NCBI RefSeq assembly: GCF_002571385.2
Contig: NW_019217952.1
Coordinates: 29,392 to 93,391, forward strand
Direction of reading: 5' to 3'
Length of the DNA stretch: 64,000 nucleotides
Source: Stylophora pistillata
Lineage: Eukaryota
Positions 1-10,414 of the stretch are shown piece by piece. The position numbers were made by a program, and so were the translations under genes. The notes under the pieces are model-generated. The model was not told where the DNA came from, did no database searches, and worked only from the letters and a program-made list of their open reading frames with translations. The stretch's first letter is position 1. Every line of letters starts with the position of its first letter.

Positions 1-746
1 TGTCGCAGAGAAATCAACTGAATGCTACATTCTAATCAGGCAGCACAGGGCGAAAACCGTAACCTGTGAGCCATGGAGTAAAAAATAAATGTACATTAAC
101 TAATCCTAAAAAGCTTTTCCGTTGTGTCTACGGTCCTCCTTCTAACAGGAACTCAAACTGCCACCTTGAAAGTCCGGGCAATATTCAGCGTGCCCGAGAG
201 CACTGCCCTCTGCATCTTTCGCAGTACGTCTGTGCTTCTGCCTCCCACCAGCTCGCGCATCATGACATCCAGCTCCCGTGACCACCCCCCGAGGGCATCC
301 ATAATGATGTTATATTGCTTCACCTCGTAGCCTGGGAACTGCTGCCTTAGTTCCCAGCGAAGGGGTCCGTACTTCAGTGTCTTCTCTTCATCCTTTCTTG
401 TCCGATTGTTAACCCACGGGCAGCTCATTTCCAGCGTCACAACTCTCTTGCACATATGATTTACAATGCGTGCATCCACCCTATTGCATCTGACCTCTTG
501 TTGATCAGCATATATAGGGACATCCCAATAAGCTTTAACATTCTCTGACTCATACACGGGCTTCGGCTTGTCGGGTGAGTACCAGGGTGGTATCTCGTCT
601 ATAAATCCCTCATCATACAACAGTTCGTAAAACAGTACCTTCAGTGCTGCGTCGTGTCTAGAGAGATACTTGCTCTGGGCCAGCGCACTGCATCCTGACA
701 AGATATGAGCCACACTCTCTGGAGCCTTGCCGCATAATCTGCACCT
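1..746 (-). mobile_element. 5'-truncated non-LTR retrotransposon with restriction-like endonuclease (R4/Dong-like); C-terminal ORF segment 153-746 plus 3' UTR running off the window
   Basis: The minus frame reads [19 protein letters not shown] (CCHC zinc knuckle), then YLSRHD, RVDARIV...TLEMSCPW and K..KY, the order of motifs in RLE-type non-LTR elements. There is no RT domain, and the ORF starts directly at a (TAA)n tract. Confidence 0.85.
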
Positions 747-755
747 ATTATTATA

Positions 756-790
<35 letters not shown>
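746..790. repeat. (TTA/TAA)n microsatellite
   Basis: tattattataattattattattattattattattattattattat seen directly. Confidence 0.95.
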
Positions 791-1596
791 GGACAAGTGT
801 AAGGAAAATGTTCGTCAGAATTCAATTTTTTAATCTTTCATCGGATGTTTCAGTGCGACGTTTCTTGCGTGCTATGTTAATGTTATAGTTCAGCCACAAT
901 GCTCGAAGACTTTGAGTGATGATTTTGTTGCACACACAAAATGTTCACGTTTGTTATCTATTGATATTTTCTAAGACCTTGAGCAGAGTACGTCTGACGG
1001 CAAAGAAATCCTGGTGAATCAAAAGATTCAAGAGGCAAAACAATAGCTCCGCGCGTGTTTAAGACTCAAACGTGAAATAAAAGCATTTTGCACGTTCAAA
1101 TGACGAGAACCCCAACGCGGCACTACCACGGCGTGCCCCCCCCCCTGTTGATCGGAGAAAATCTGAAACTGGCGTCTTTGTTGGTGTTGCCGTCACGATT
1201 ACTTAAGCTTACTGAATTATCCTCTTTGGAGGCACTTGTGTACTATTTCATCTCTAGCTATGGGAGGCAACTCATTCTTTTCCTTGCAAAATCTGATGAG
1301 AGTTGTAATATATTCCGTATAGCTAAAAGCGGACCAGGAGATCTTTAAAAGAATTAGTTGTATCGGGCATTTTCGGGCAAGATTAAAACGGGATGTTCCT
1401 GAGAATAGAGACCCTATACCCGGTCTCCTTCTTCCGCTTCCTCCTTCTCTTTGTCGGGAGGATCGAAGACCGGACCCGAGAAATTGGCGGAAATAAGGAA
1501 CTGCGTCGCTAACTACCCAATGAAAACGCTGAGGGAAACTACTTTTAAGAGCAAATCCGTGCTAGAATCAAACAAATCGCAAATCTTTGGCAAAGC

Positions 1597-1682
1597 TTTT
1601 CTTTTGCATATAGATAGCCTTTTCAATTTTCTTTTGCATATAGATAGCCTTTTCAATTTTCTTTTGCATATAGATAGCCTTT
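1597..1682. repeat. 30-bp tandem repeat, about 2.9 copies
   Basis: Unit tttcaattttcttttgcatatagatagcct repeated exactly. Confidence 0.95.
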
Positions 1683-1782
1683 AGTGAGCATATGAATGCC
1701 ATGCAGTTTTTTCCTTGAATTATCTGTTAATTCTTGAGAAAAACGATAGAAGCTTTTTTCANNNNNNNNNNNNNNNNNNNNN

Positions 1783-2933
1783 TCGCCCAGGAGAGAACCA
1801 GCGTGTACCCAATGGGCACAAAAGGGTACATGCCCTAAAGTTTCAATCATTTGTTGCGCCAAATGGTTTAATAGCCAATTTGTATGGACCAGTTGGTAAG
1901 CTAATACGATTATTTGCATCGTTCTGCTGTAATGCCTCCCCTTATTTAAGCCCCCAAATTTGAAACTGAATTGAAGTGTCACCACCGTAAATCCTCGAAT
2001 TAGCGCCCCCTCGATTAAGCACTCCCTTCGAATAAGTGCCCCTCCTATCGACCAAAAATTTAAAATAAGTACCCCACTCAAATAAGTGCCCCCTCCCCTA
2101 CCCTCATTTTGTGGATGAGTACTGAGACAGCAAAGGATGCATAGTTTTCGTCATGTAGTATTACATTTGTACATTGCACTAATGGTGAGTTAAACTCTAG
2201 GATCAGTTTTTATGTCAATAAATAGTTAATTTTGTTTATGTGTAGATGATGTATTAAAAAAATGGTCATGTCAGGCCACCATTTACGAAAAATTAAATAA
2301 GCACCCCCTCTCAATTAAGTCCCCCCCCCCATCCTTGAATAAGCACCCCCATTTTCTCATAAATTTGAATTAAGCTCCCTGGGCGCTAATTGATTTGAGA
2401 AGCTACGGTATCTACACCTACAGGAGTGGTCTGGAAAGATCAAATCTATCAGGAAACATTTTTGGTAGTCAGCCCCTTGGTAAGAGCTTCATTAAATGTA
2501 GCCTACCCTTAAATCCTTAGAGAAATATCTATAACCCAGCTCCTACTAAATCAAAATGGCTATTAACCAATTAACTTGGAAAATTGAAAAAAAAAATTAA
2601 ATCACAGTCTGTGACTCAACAGTTACCTGCAGTTACAAGAGTGTTATAACACTAGCTACTGATATAAATCCAAGTATGTTTACTCAATAAATTTTCATTT
2701 CTGAGGGTAAAAGGCATGATGCTGGTATGTTAAGAATGTCTGGCCTCCATCATAACCTTCAGCAACATTCATTTGATACCAGTGGGCAACCACTGTGTAT
2801 ATATGGCGACCTCGCCTATCCACTCAGAATTCATCTTCAAGGATGAAGTAAAGTCAGGGAAGCTGTGGAGTGGGTGTTTAGCAACATTGTAACATACTTC
2901 GCTTTCCTAGATTTTAAGAAGAACTTAAACTAA
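1783..2933 (+). pseudogene. Intron-containing PIF/Harbinger-type (DDE_Tnp_4) transposase relic
   Basis: Segment 1783-1895 gives RPGENQRVPNGHKRVHALKFQSFVAPNGLIANLYGPV followed by a gtaag donor. Segment 2703-2933 gives EGKRHDAGML...PLCIYGDLAYPLRIHLQG*SKVREAVEWVFSNIV. HD, GD.AY and R..VEW match catalytic-region motifs. It carries an internal stop, an apparent deletion and a damaged acceptor, and is bounded by gaps. Confidence 0.8.
1985..2408. mobile_element. Non-autonomous Tc1/mariner-pogo-like MITE nested in the transposase intron
   Basis: Imperfect TIRs ccgtaaatcctcgaattagcgccc / gggcgctaattgatttgagaagctacgg, TA on the right flank, and many subterminal aataagYRccc repeats. Confidence 0.7.
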
Positions 2934-4523
2934 NNNNNNNNNNNNNNNNNNNNNNNNNNNNNNNNNNNNNNNNNNNNNNNNNNNNNNNNNNNNNNNNNNN
3001 NNNNNNNNNNNNNNNNNNNNNNNNNNNNNNNNNNNNNNNNNNNNNNNNNNNNNNNNNNNNNNNNNNNNNNNNNNNNNNNNNNNNNNNNNNNNNNNNNNNN
3101 NNNNNNNNNNNNNNNNNNNNNNNTAATATGATAAATTTGCGAACGAGAACTATACTCCCGAAAGAGCAAAAACATCCATCATTTCCCCAAGGCAGGAATA
3201 CGCAAAGTATAGTCTTTCTTAAATTTAGAATTTTTATTTAGTTCACGAGAGAAATAAACATACACTAATGAGGTTGATTTAATTACATAAAATTGAGGGG
3301 AACAAGGAAGATAAATTCTTGGTAAAATAGTTTCTTAGCGATGTAAAGAGAAATCTGCTACCCCAAAGTAACGCATTATAGAGAGAGACCACATACCTCC
3401 TTCTCCCCCACCCGATTCCATGAACAACTGTCACGCAACTGTCACGCAAGCTCGTTCGGCCTCTATGCAAATCTGTCAGACAGATAACTGATGAACAGGA
3501 TCGATGGCAGAAAACTCTGAACATAAGCTTTAAATAGTCGGCTCGATCAGTTTTTTAATCAATTTTGTCGCTAAGAACACCAACGTGTTGTATCAAGCAC
3601 ACAAGCCGGAACACAAATTGCAAAGTTTAGACGTTTTTAATAGCAGCCGTTTTAATCGAGCCGCGACATAAAGCGACGGTACAGATGTCAAACTTACGGA
3701 GACCGCAGAATGGAGAAACGGCAAAACAGAAGAACGCTGGACTCATACGAACAGCTAAGAATATAATATTTGAGTTAGGGTTATTATATTTACTTTGCTA
3801 TATGCATCGGAGTCGTGTTAATTTTTATTCTATCAATTTCTTGATGGTCACATGTACACAACAGGATTGCGTAATATCTTTCTTCACGATTTTCAAAAAG
3901 TTTTGAAAAATTCCAAATTCCTTTCCCCAAGCTGAACTTTACATATTCTGAAAGATGATCAACTCTAGTATTATCGTTCGTAATCTTACGAAATTCTGAG
4001 CAAAGGCACATGCTCAAAATTATCGTTGTTTCGCCTACCGTTTAACGCAACACGGGAGAGCCCTAAGCTTTTGACTTCTCTTGAATACTGGAATTAATCT
4101 AATCTTTATGAAATCACGGTGTTTAGACTATGAAAAGTTGTACAACAATTGGAACTATGATAGCTTTTTCCAGCGCAGCTTTTTTGATACGCGAGTCGAG
4201 TGAATCATGACCTATTTTAAACCTGTTCGGTGTCGCCAAATCGATCTCGGGACTGAAANCGAAACGTTTTCGTTTTTTCGGAAGCAAATAATTTTTTCGA
4301 GGAAAAAACTGCACAGCAATTGTATACTTCCTAAAGGGTACTTGTATGCAAAAGAACAGCGAATTTTAATTTTTTAACTTTGCCGTGCAATGTTTGATTC
4401 TTGCACGGATTTGCTCCTAAGTGTCCCTTCGTTATCCACAATCTGAGACATTCATTCCAATAAACTAACCACCTGTTCGATTGAAACGTTTGATACACTT
4501 AAAGTGCAATCGCTGACCTGCAG

Positions 4524-4623
4524 AAATAAGAAGAGGATTCTTGCACTGCGTGCTCAATAGAGTTCGTTACCAAAATAAGAAGAGGATTCTTGCACTGCGT
4601 GCCCAATAGAGTTCGTTACCAAA
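4524..4623. repeat. 49-bp tandem duplication
   Basis: aaataagaagaggattcttgcactgcgtgcYcaatagagttcgttacca twice, with one mismatch. Confidence 0.95.
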
Positions 4624-6198
4624 AGGGAAATGACTGAATATCCCATGAAAAATTTTACCTTTCTCAGTTACACAGGTTCATATTGACATCATGATAAAAA
4701 CCGACTATATCTTGAGATGTTTCTCAAAGTTAAAAAAGTTGGTGAAATGTCAAAATTTGGGGAACCGTTAAAAAAAGCTTTTGACTAGCCAAGTGTGCCT
4801 TTCGTCCACACGTACACGGATAGCCGCATGATAGGTGCGAACGTTAGGAAACTTGTCGAAGTTTCTCGTTGGGAGCAAAAACAATAACGAAAACAGCACG
4901 AGCTAGGGTAGACATTTAAACACTGTATCTACCAGCCGTTTAACTTCTAATAACAATATCGATACATTATCAAGGAAAAACAATAAGGAGAATAGACAAA
5001 TTCATCATCAAAAGGGTGTCATCTTGATTAATTTACCAGGAAACGAAGCCATATGTGAGAGTCAGAACTCATCCAGCACTTTGAATTGTTTAAAATCTGT
5101 ATTCCAAAAGCTGCGTTTCGCGTAACAGCTGATTTGTGATTCTTCGTAAAACTCGATTTGTCCTGTAATGTGAACACTGATATGATATTCTGCACTAATT
5201 CCGCTCAAATTATTTTGGTTGTTAAAGAAAACAACTCCTTAGGGTGCCGTGTTGTATATAGTTGTAAATAATGATTGGAAGACTGAACAAGGTAAATGAC
5301 GCGTGAATACTCTGCGATAAAAGACGTCGACGTGAATCAGTTTATCGCATTTCTCTTTGCACCTCCGGCTCCACTTCGGACACAAGGAGCGGAACACCAA
5401 AAAGAGTTCTTTTTCAAGGTAAAACTCTAATTTCTTAGCAATTTATCGATAGGAAGTGAGTAATTCTATAGGTTAGTGACATTTAATCATTAGCCTGCGT
5501 AGCTGACGATGCTGCTCGATTTGAAAATTAGAGTGAACTCTACAGTTATCTGTTCGCATTTGGCTGAAAAGCCGTTGTTCAACTCTTAAAGCTAATGGCA
5601 AACACCGAAGAGTAAGCCTTCCAAGTTTAACAGCCTCCCGACTCTGTTTGAAAAACCTAAGTCAAAATCATTTTTATTCGCTGTTTAGAGGCTCCTAGAC
5701 GATGCCTCATGTTACGGAACACACGTGGCTACATGACTCGCTATTTAAATATGTTAATCGGTGCAGTGATCAGTCATACAACAAGAAAAGCTGGTGCCTG
5801 CAGAATCAGTACAAAAAAGTAAAAGGCAAGAGTATCGATTGTGCTTTAGTTTCGCCCCTCAAATCGAAACTGCATGCACATCACCGGATCTTAGTTCTAA
5901 GTTTCGAATCACTTGAGCATCCAAAAGAGTTAGTTTCCAATCTTTGCTCACTTATGGTTGGAAATTGTGTCACCAGATATGACTGTCCCACAGCTTTTTA
6001 TTTCAATTAAATAATTTTCCACCGACGACAGCATAAAAATCGAACCAAGCAATATCTTCGAAAATCGATAAAAATAGATATAATTTTTCAAGAAAAGTTT
6101 TGAAACAATTTACTCTCCTAGAGAGATTCGAAACTTTAAGTTTAGTTCTTAAAATCACTCGCTCTTTTATTAAAGATTTTTTTCAGGTGAAGCTAACT

Positions 6199-9100
6199 AT
6201 GAACAGTTTTCTGCTGCCTGTTTTCATTTGTGTCAGCTGGATGGCTCTAAGTGTTTTCGCGACCGCAAGTGAGTAAAAACAAATTCCTCTCCATTGGGCC
6301 GGTTTCAATTTGAAATTAAATTGAAGGAAAGTGTATGAGAATGAGCTGATAGAAGAATATCCGAACTTAATTGTGCTTTACATTATTCTCTCGAAGTAAA
6401 ACTTTAAACGTCATTTGTGAAGCCTCGGCTGCTTGTGCTTCTCAAAGCACCACCATATTAAAGTAGCACTCGTCCAACCACGTTACCAGGTCAATACCTA
6501 ATTTGTAATTTATTCAATTCAAGTGATTTATGATATTTTCATTATATTTCATAGATTCGTGGTCTTATAATGTGACATCCCAAGATGGTAATACTTTTAA
6601 CATATTCCAAATGACTATAACATTAATTTGTCTAAAAGATTGTATTGCTTCTATACTATATTTCGTCCACTCCAGCGTTATCGCGACTCCTTTTATTTCT
6701 GTTCAGAATGATTGTTATTTCACATGAAAATGTCGTCTTTGCAGTCTAAACGCAATTGATGTATTATAGGTCCAAAAAACTGGAAAGGTATCTGCAAATC
6801 TGGAACGGAGCAATCGCCCATCAACATAAAAATCTCTGATACTAAGTATGAGAAGATGACCGATTTCATACTCACGAACTACGAAAATCAACCCTCTGAA
6901 ACTAACTTTACAGCTGTAAACAATGGCAATATTGGTACAATTGTATTTAAATTCAAACCGAAAATCTACTCCGTTCGCGGCGGAGGACTGGATGGTGTTT
7001 TCACCACTGTTCAATTCCACTTTCACTGGGGGTCGGATAAAACAAAAGGATCAGAACACACTTTGGACGGAAAGGCGTACGCCGCTGAGGTAAGTAGATG
7101 AAGAACGTATTCCTTATGTTACCAATGAGCACATATTTTTCTATTGTTACGAGGAAGCCTGAGCGAGGTGTGAGCGCGGAGAGAAAACGATTTGGCGTGG
7201 TACGTGAGCTGGCTTCTTACATACCACCTCAGCGTGCTTCTCGTCGTTATTGGCTAGCGTCTTGCTCACCAGTGATTCTTTTCAGAGCATTTCAATATGG
7301 ACTGTGAGCATAAAAATACTGTACTCCAACCAAAACACTGAGTACCATGCTGTTTTACGACTCTGCATGAAATTTTAAACGTATTCTGTTACACCACAGT
7401 CCTTCAAAAAATTGGTTCTGGAAAGCCCTTCCTTTGGGGAACATTTAAGACAACTATGGCGGCGATATAAAACTTTTATAACCGAATTTACCGACTTCCG
7501 AGGGAGTTTTCCAAACTTAAAGAGGGCCATAGCCCGTTGAATGTTGATCTTTGATCTGTCCCTAAAGTCCTTTAAACAAAAAAGGAAAGCTCCACAACAA
7601 GGAAAGTTTTAAACTTACTGATCCAAGTAAGCTCTGGGTCCAATAGCGCTTTACTTCACTGATCTGACGTGCGAGAAGAAATGAACGGGTACCCGGCTTA
7701 AAGGATTGGATAACTATACACATTCTCAAAATTGACTGACGTGAAGTTTTCGTTTTGCATGAAAAGTTGCACTTCGTCAGCTACAACACCAGGTACTCAG
7801 GATTTGACGTAGCAAAAAACAAATCAGACGGGCTTGCCGTGCTTGGAGTGTTCATCGAGGTAAGGCGAAAAGATCTCCAATTTTATCTGAGTGTATTTTA
7901 CATTATTGCATTACGATGAAAAGTTATCTCTGTGTTATTTCTTGTTTCAGGTTGGTGGTGAAACCAATCAAGCATTTTCATTTCTGACTGAATATGCCAC
8001 AAAACTCGCGAACAGTAGTACGTTTTTGTTGTTGTTTTCTTGGTTTGTGCAACAATTAGTTAACTTTAGTCAATACACCAAAAAATCGTTGGAAATTAAA
8101 CTCTTAACGTGCGACTCCGTCTTATCGGCTGCTCAGAGGTGAAAAGAAAGTACCTGCTAATCAATTCCCAGCTTGCCAATCACCTGTGTGGCGTAAACCA
8201 AATGGGGGCCAATCTCACAAGTACAAGCTACTGTTAGGAAACATCAGAAACTTTCGAACTCCCACATGAAGAACTCAGAGACTAATGAGGGGAGGGGAGG
8301 GGAGGGAGTTTTGATAAGCATTTGACCACCTCCTTGGCAAACAAATGTGAATAATTTTTCCTAACTACTGAACACGCATTGTAAAGCCAGTACAATGCTA
8401 GCGTAGAACCCTTCTTGAAAATCTTGCCTACTGCAAACCCTCTGTACAGTGTTATTCAATTCATTCTCAGTCAAGCTTAACATTCGATCATATTTCCAAG
8501 AAAATCCTTCGCACGCTTTAGCGGGAAGCAACGTGAGAGACATTTGTTGGTAGGAGAACAAACACTACTAAATCAACTTTCAGGCTTATTTGTTCGCAAT
8601 GATATACTTCATGTCTCCCCTGGCGTGTCTTATCTCAATTTCACAGGCTCGTCATGGAGCAACATTCGTCCGTTTGGTCTGGCACCCATGCTGCCCTGGA
8701 CCACACTTCAAAAGTACTTCCGGTATCATGGCTCATTAACAATTCCTGGCTGTCAAGAGAGTGTCACTTGGACACTTTTCAAGGAGTCCGTAAAGATATC
8801 GAGTGAGCAGGTAGATAAGATGGGTCATCTAATCGAATATAAATAGAATACAGCCCACATTCTCTACACTTTTTAAGATGGAAAACTTGAGATGGTTCTC
8901 TCTTTGCAGGAGCGAAAACAAAAAATTTCAGGTTCTCCGTCAGTGATGAAACTACTACCTAAGCTATGAGCATGTTGTCAAGTAAATAATTATTGAAAAG
9001 GCGTAATAACTAGGTTCTTCATTACAGATGAAAAGTTTACGCAACCTCACAAACGCATCGGGCAAGCAACTGGTTAACAACTATCGTCCAGTCCAGCCGC

Positions 9101-9231
9101 TCAACAAAAGGACCGTGAAGAACAGTTTTCTACCGCCCTCTTGCCCAGTAATACGTTCTACCAGCATCATCATCGATATAAACGCTGGCCTCTTCTCACT
9201 AATGTTGCTCTCTGCACTCTTTGGACACTGA
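6199..9231 (+). CDS. Extracellular alpha-carbonic anhydrase, probably GPI-anchored, about 316 aa, 7 coding exons
   Basis: Exons 6199-6268, 6555-6587, 6770-7089, 7767-7859, 7951-8017, 8647-8810, 9028-9231, all GT-AG with matching phases. Signal peptide MNSFLLPVFICVSWMALSVFATA. Motifs WSY, QSPINI, QFHFHWG, GSEH, ELHFV (three zinc His), DGLAVLGVF, YHGSLT.P.C.ESVTW, NYRPVQPLN.R. Hydrophobic C-terminal tail. Confidence 0.95.
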
Positions 9232-9974
9232 TTGTGTTCGCAGTGAACATTTTTTATATGGCCCCATTTTCAAAGAAGCTTAGTTACACAAATGGAGTAG
9301 TTTACACGTACGTAAACCATGAAGCCTGATGTATAGTTACCAAATTCTGTCGAAGAACACTCAGACGCAGACATCCATAGTTTCAGCGGAAGATAATCAC
9401 GCAACTAGAGTTTTTCCTAAATATTTTAAAGTTTTGTTTCCTACTTATGTTAAAGTAAAGAGAAAATAACTCAACAAAAAGCTTTTGCCATCTTAAATAA
9501 AGACGTCTTTTGCACTTGCATAATGAAGACAAAAGTGTGATCACTGAAGGGTGGTGTGGGAAGAAGCCTAACAAGAAAGAACATTCACTAGTTTCTATTT
9601 ATTAAAAACTGTGAAAACTGTTATTTCCGCTGAAGAAAAAAACAAAAAACAAGAACAAAGAAAACAAAAAAAGTCTAAAAAAAAAGGCAATTATCACTGC
9701 TACTTTCGCCGTAGTATACTAAGTTTACTTCTATTCATAGCGTCCGCAAGCACAGGACGCTATATCCTGAAACTTTACCAACCCTACCGGTGATATCACA
9801 AAAGAAAAAAAAAAAACACTAACACATGGAAGTAACTTTCCCCTTGTCCCTTCATAAAGTGGACATCTATTTCCAAACTGACCAAAAGAAGCCACTTTTG
9901 GACAAAAAGTCTTCTTCACAATTCTTAGAAGCGAGGCAGTCATCTACACAATTAACTGCAGTGGTCTTAATGAG

Positions 9975-10292
9975 GGGAGCATTATCGTCAACTACAAACC
10001 GCAAAACCATAGAAAATATTATTCAAGAGCGCAAAACCGCTAAAAAATTCGATCGAAACCGAAAACCCCATGCAAAACCGTACAGTAGTGACAAGTGGAG
10101 CATGGAAGAGAAACCGGAACCCAAACCCGAAAACCACATCGGATACCAACTCTGAAAACCCGTTAGTATTTTTAACGAAAACCAAAAACTAAATGCTAAA
10201 TAACGGAAAATCCTCAAAACGCAATGAACACCAAAACCGAAAAACCGAAGTTTTTCGGCACAGAAACCGAAAAACCCAATACTCCTCCTCCT
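9975..10292. repeat. Interspersed repeat rich in AAAACCG(A/C) motifs
   Basis: Many aaaaccg/aaaaccc units between two convergent gene ends; the ORFs over it look non-coding. Confidence 0.5.
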
Positions 10293-10414
10293 TAATATTA
10301 AAACCCAATCGAGTATTAACTAGAAAGGAAATAAACAAGAATAATTCTCATGGATTTTTCGAGCTGCTATTGGTCAGCTTGTAATTAACTGACTTGTTGT
10401 CTGCCCTGTCACTT

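Noticed and set aside
2930-3175. 81-aa ORF
   Set aside because: Mostly an assembly gap
9826-10384. Cluster of overlapping short ORFs
   Set aside because: They lie over an AAAACCG-rich repeat and have no recognisable domain or splice support
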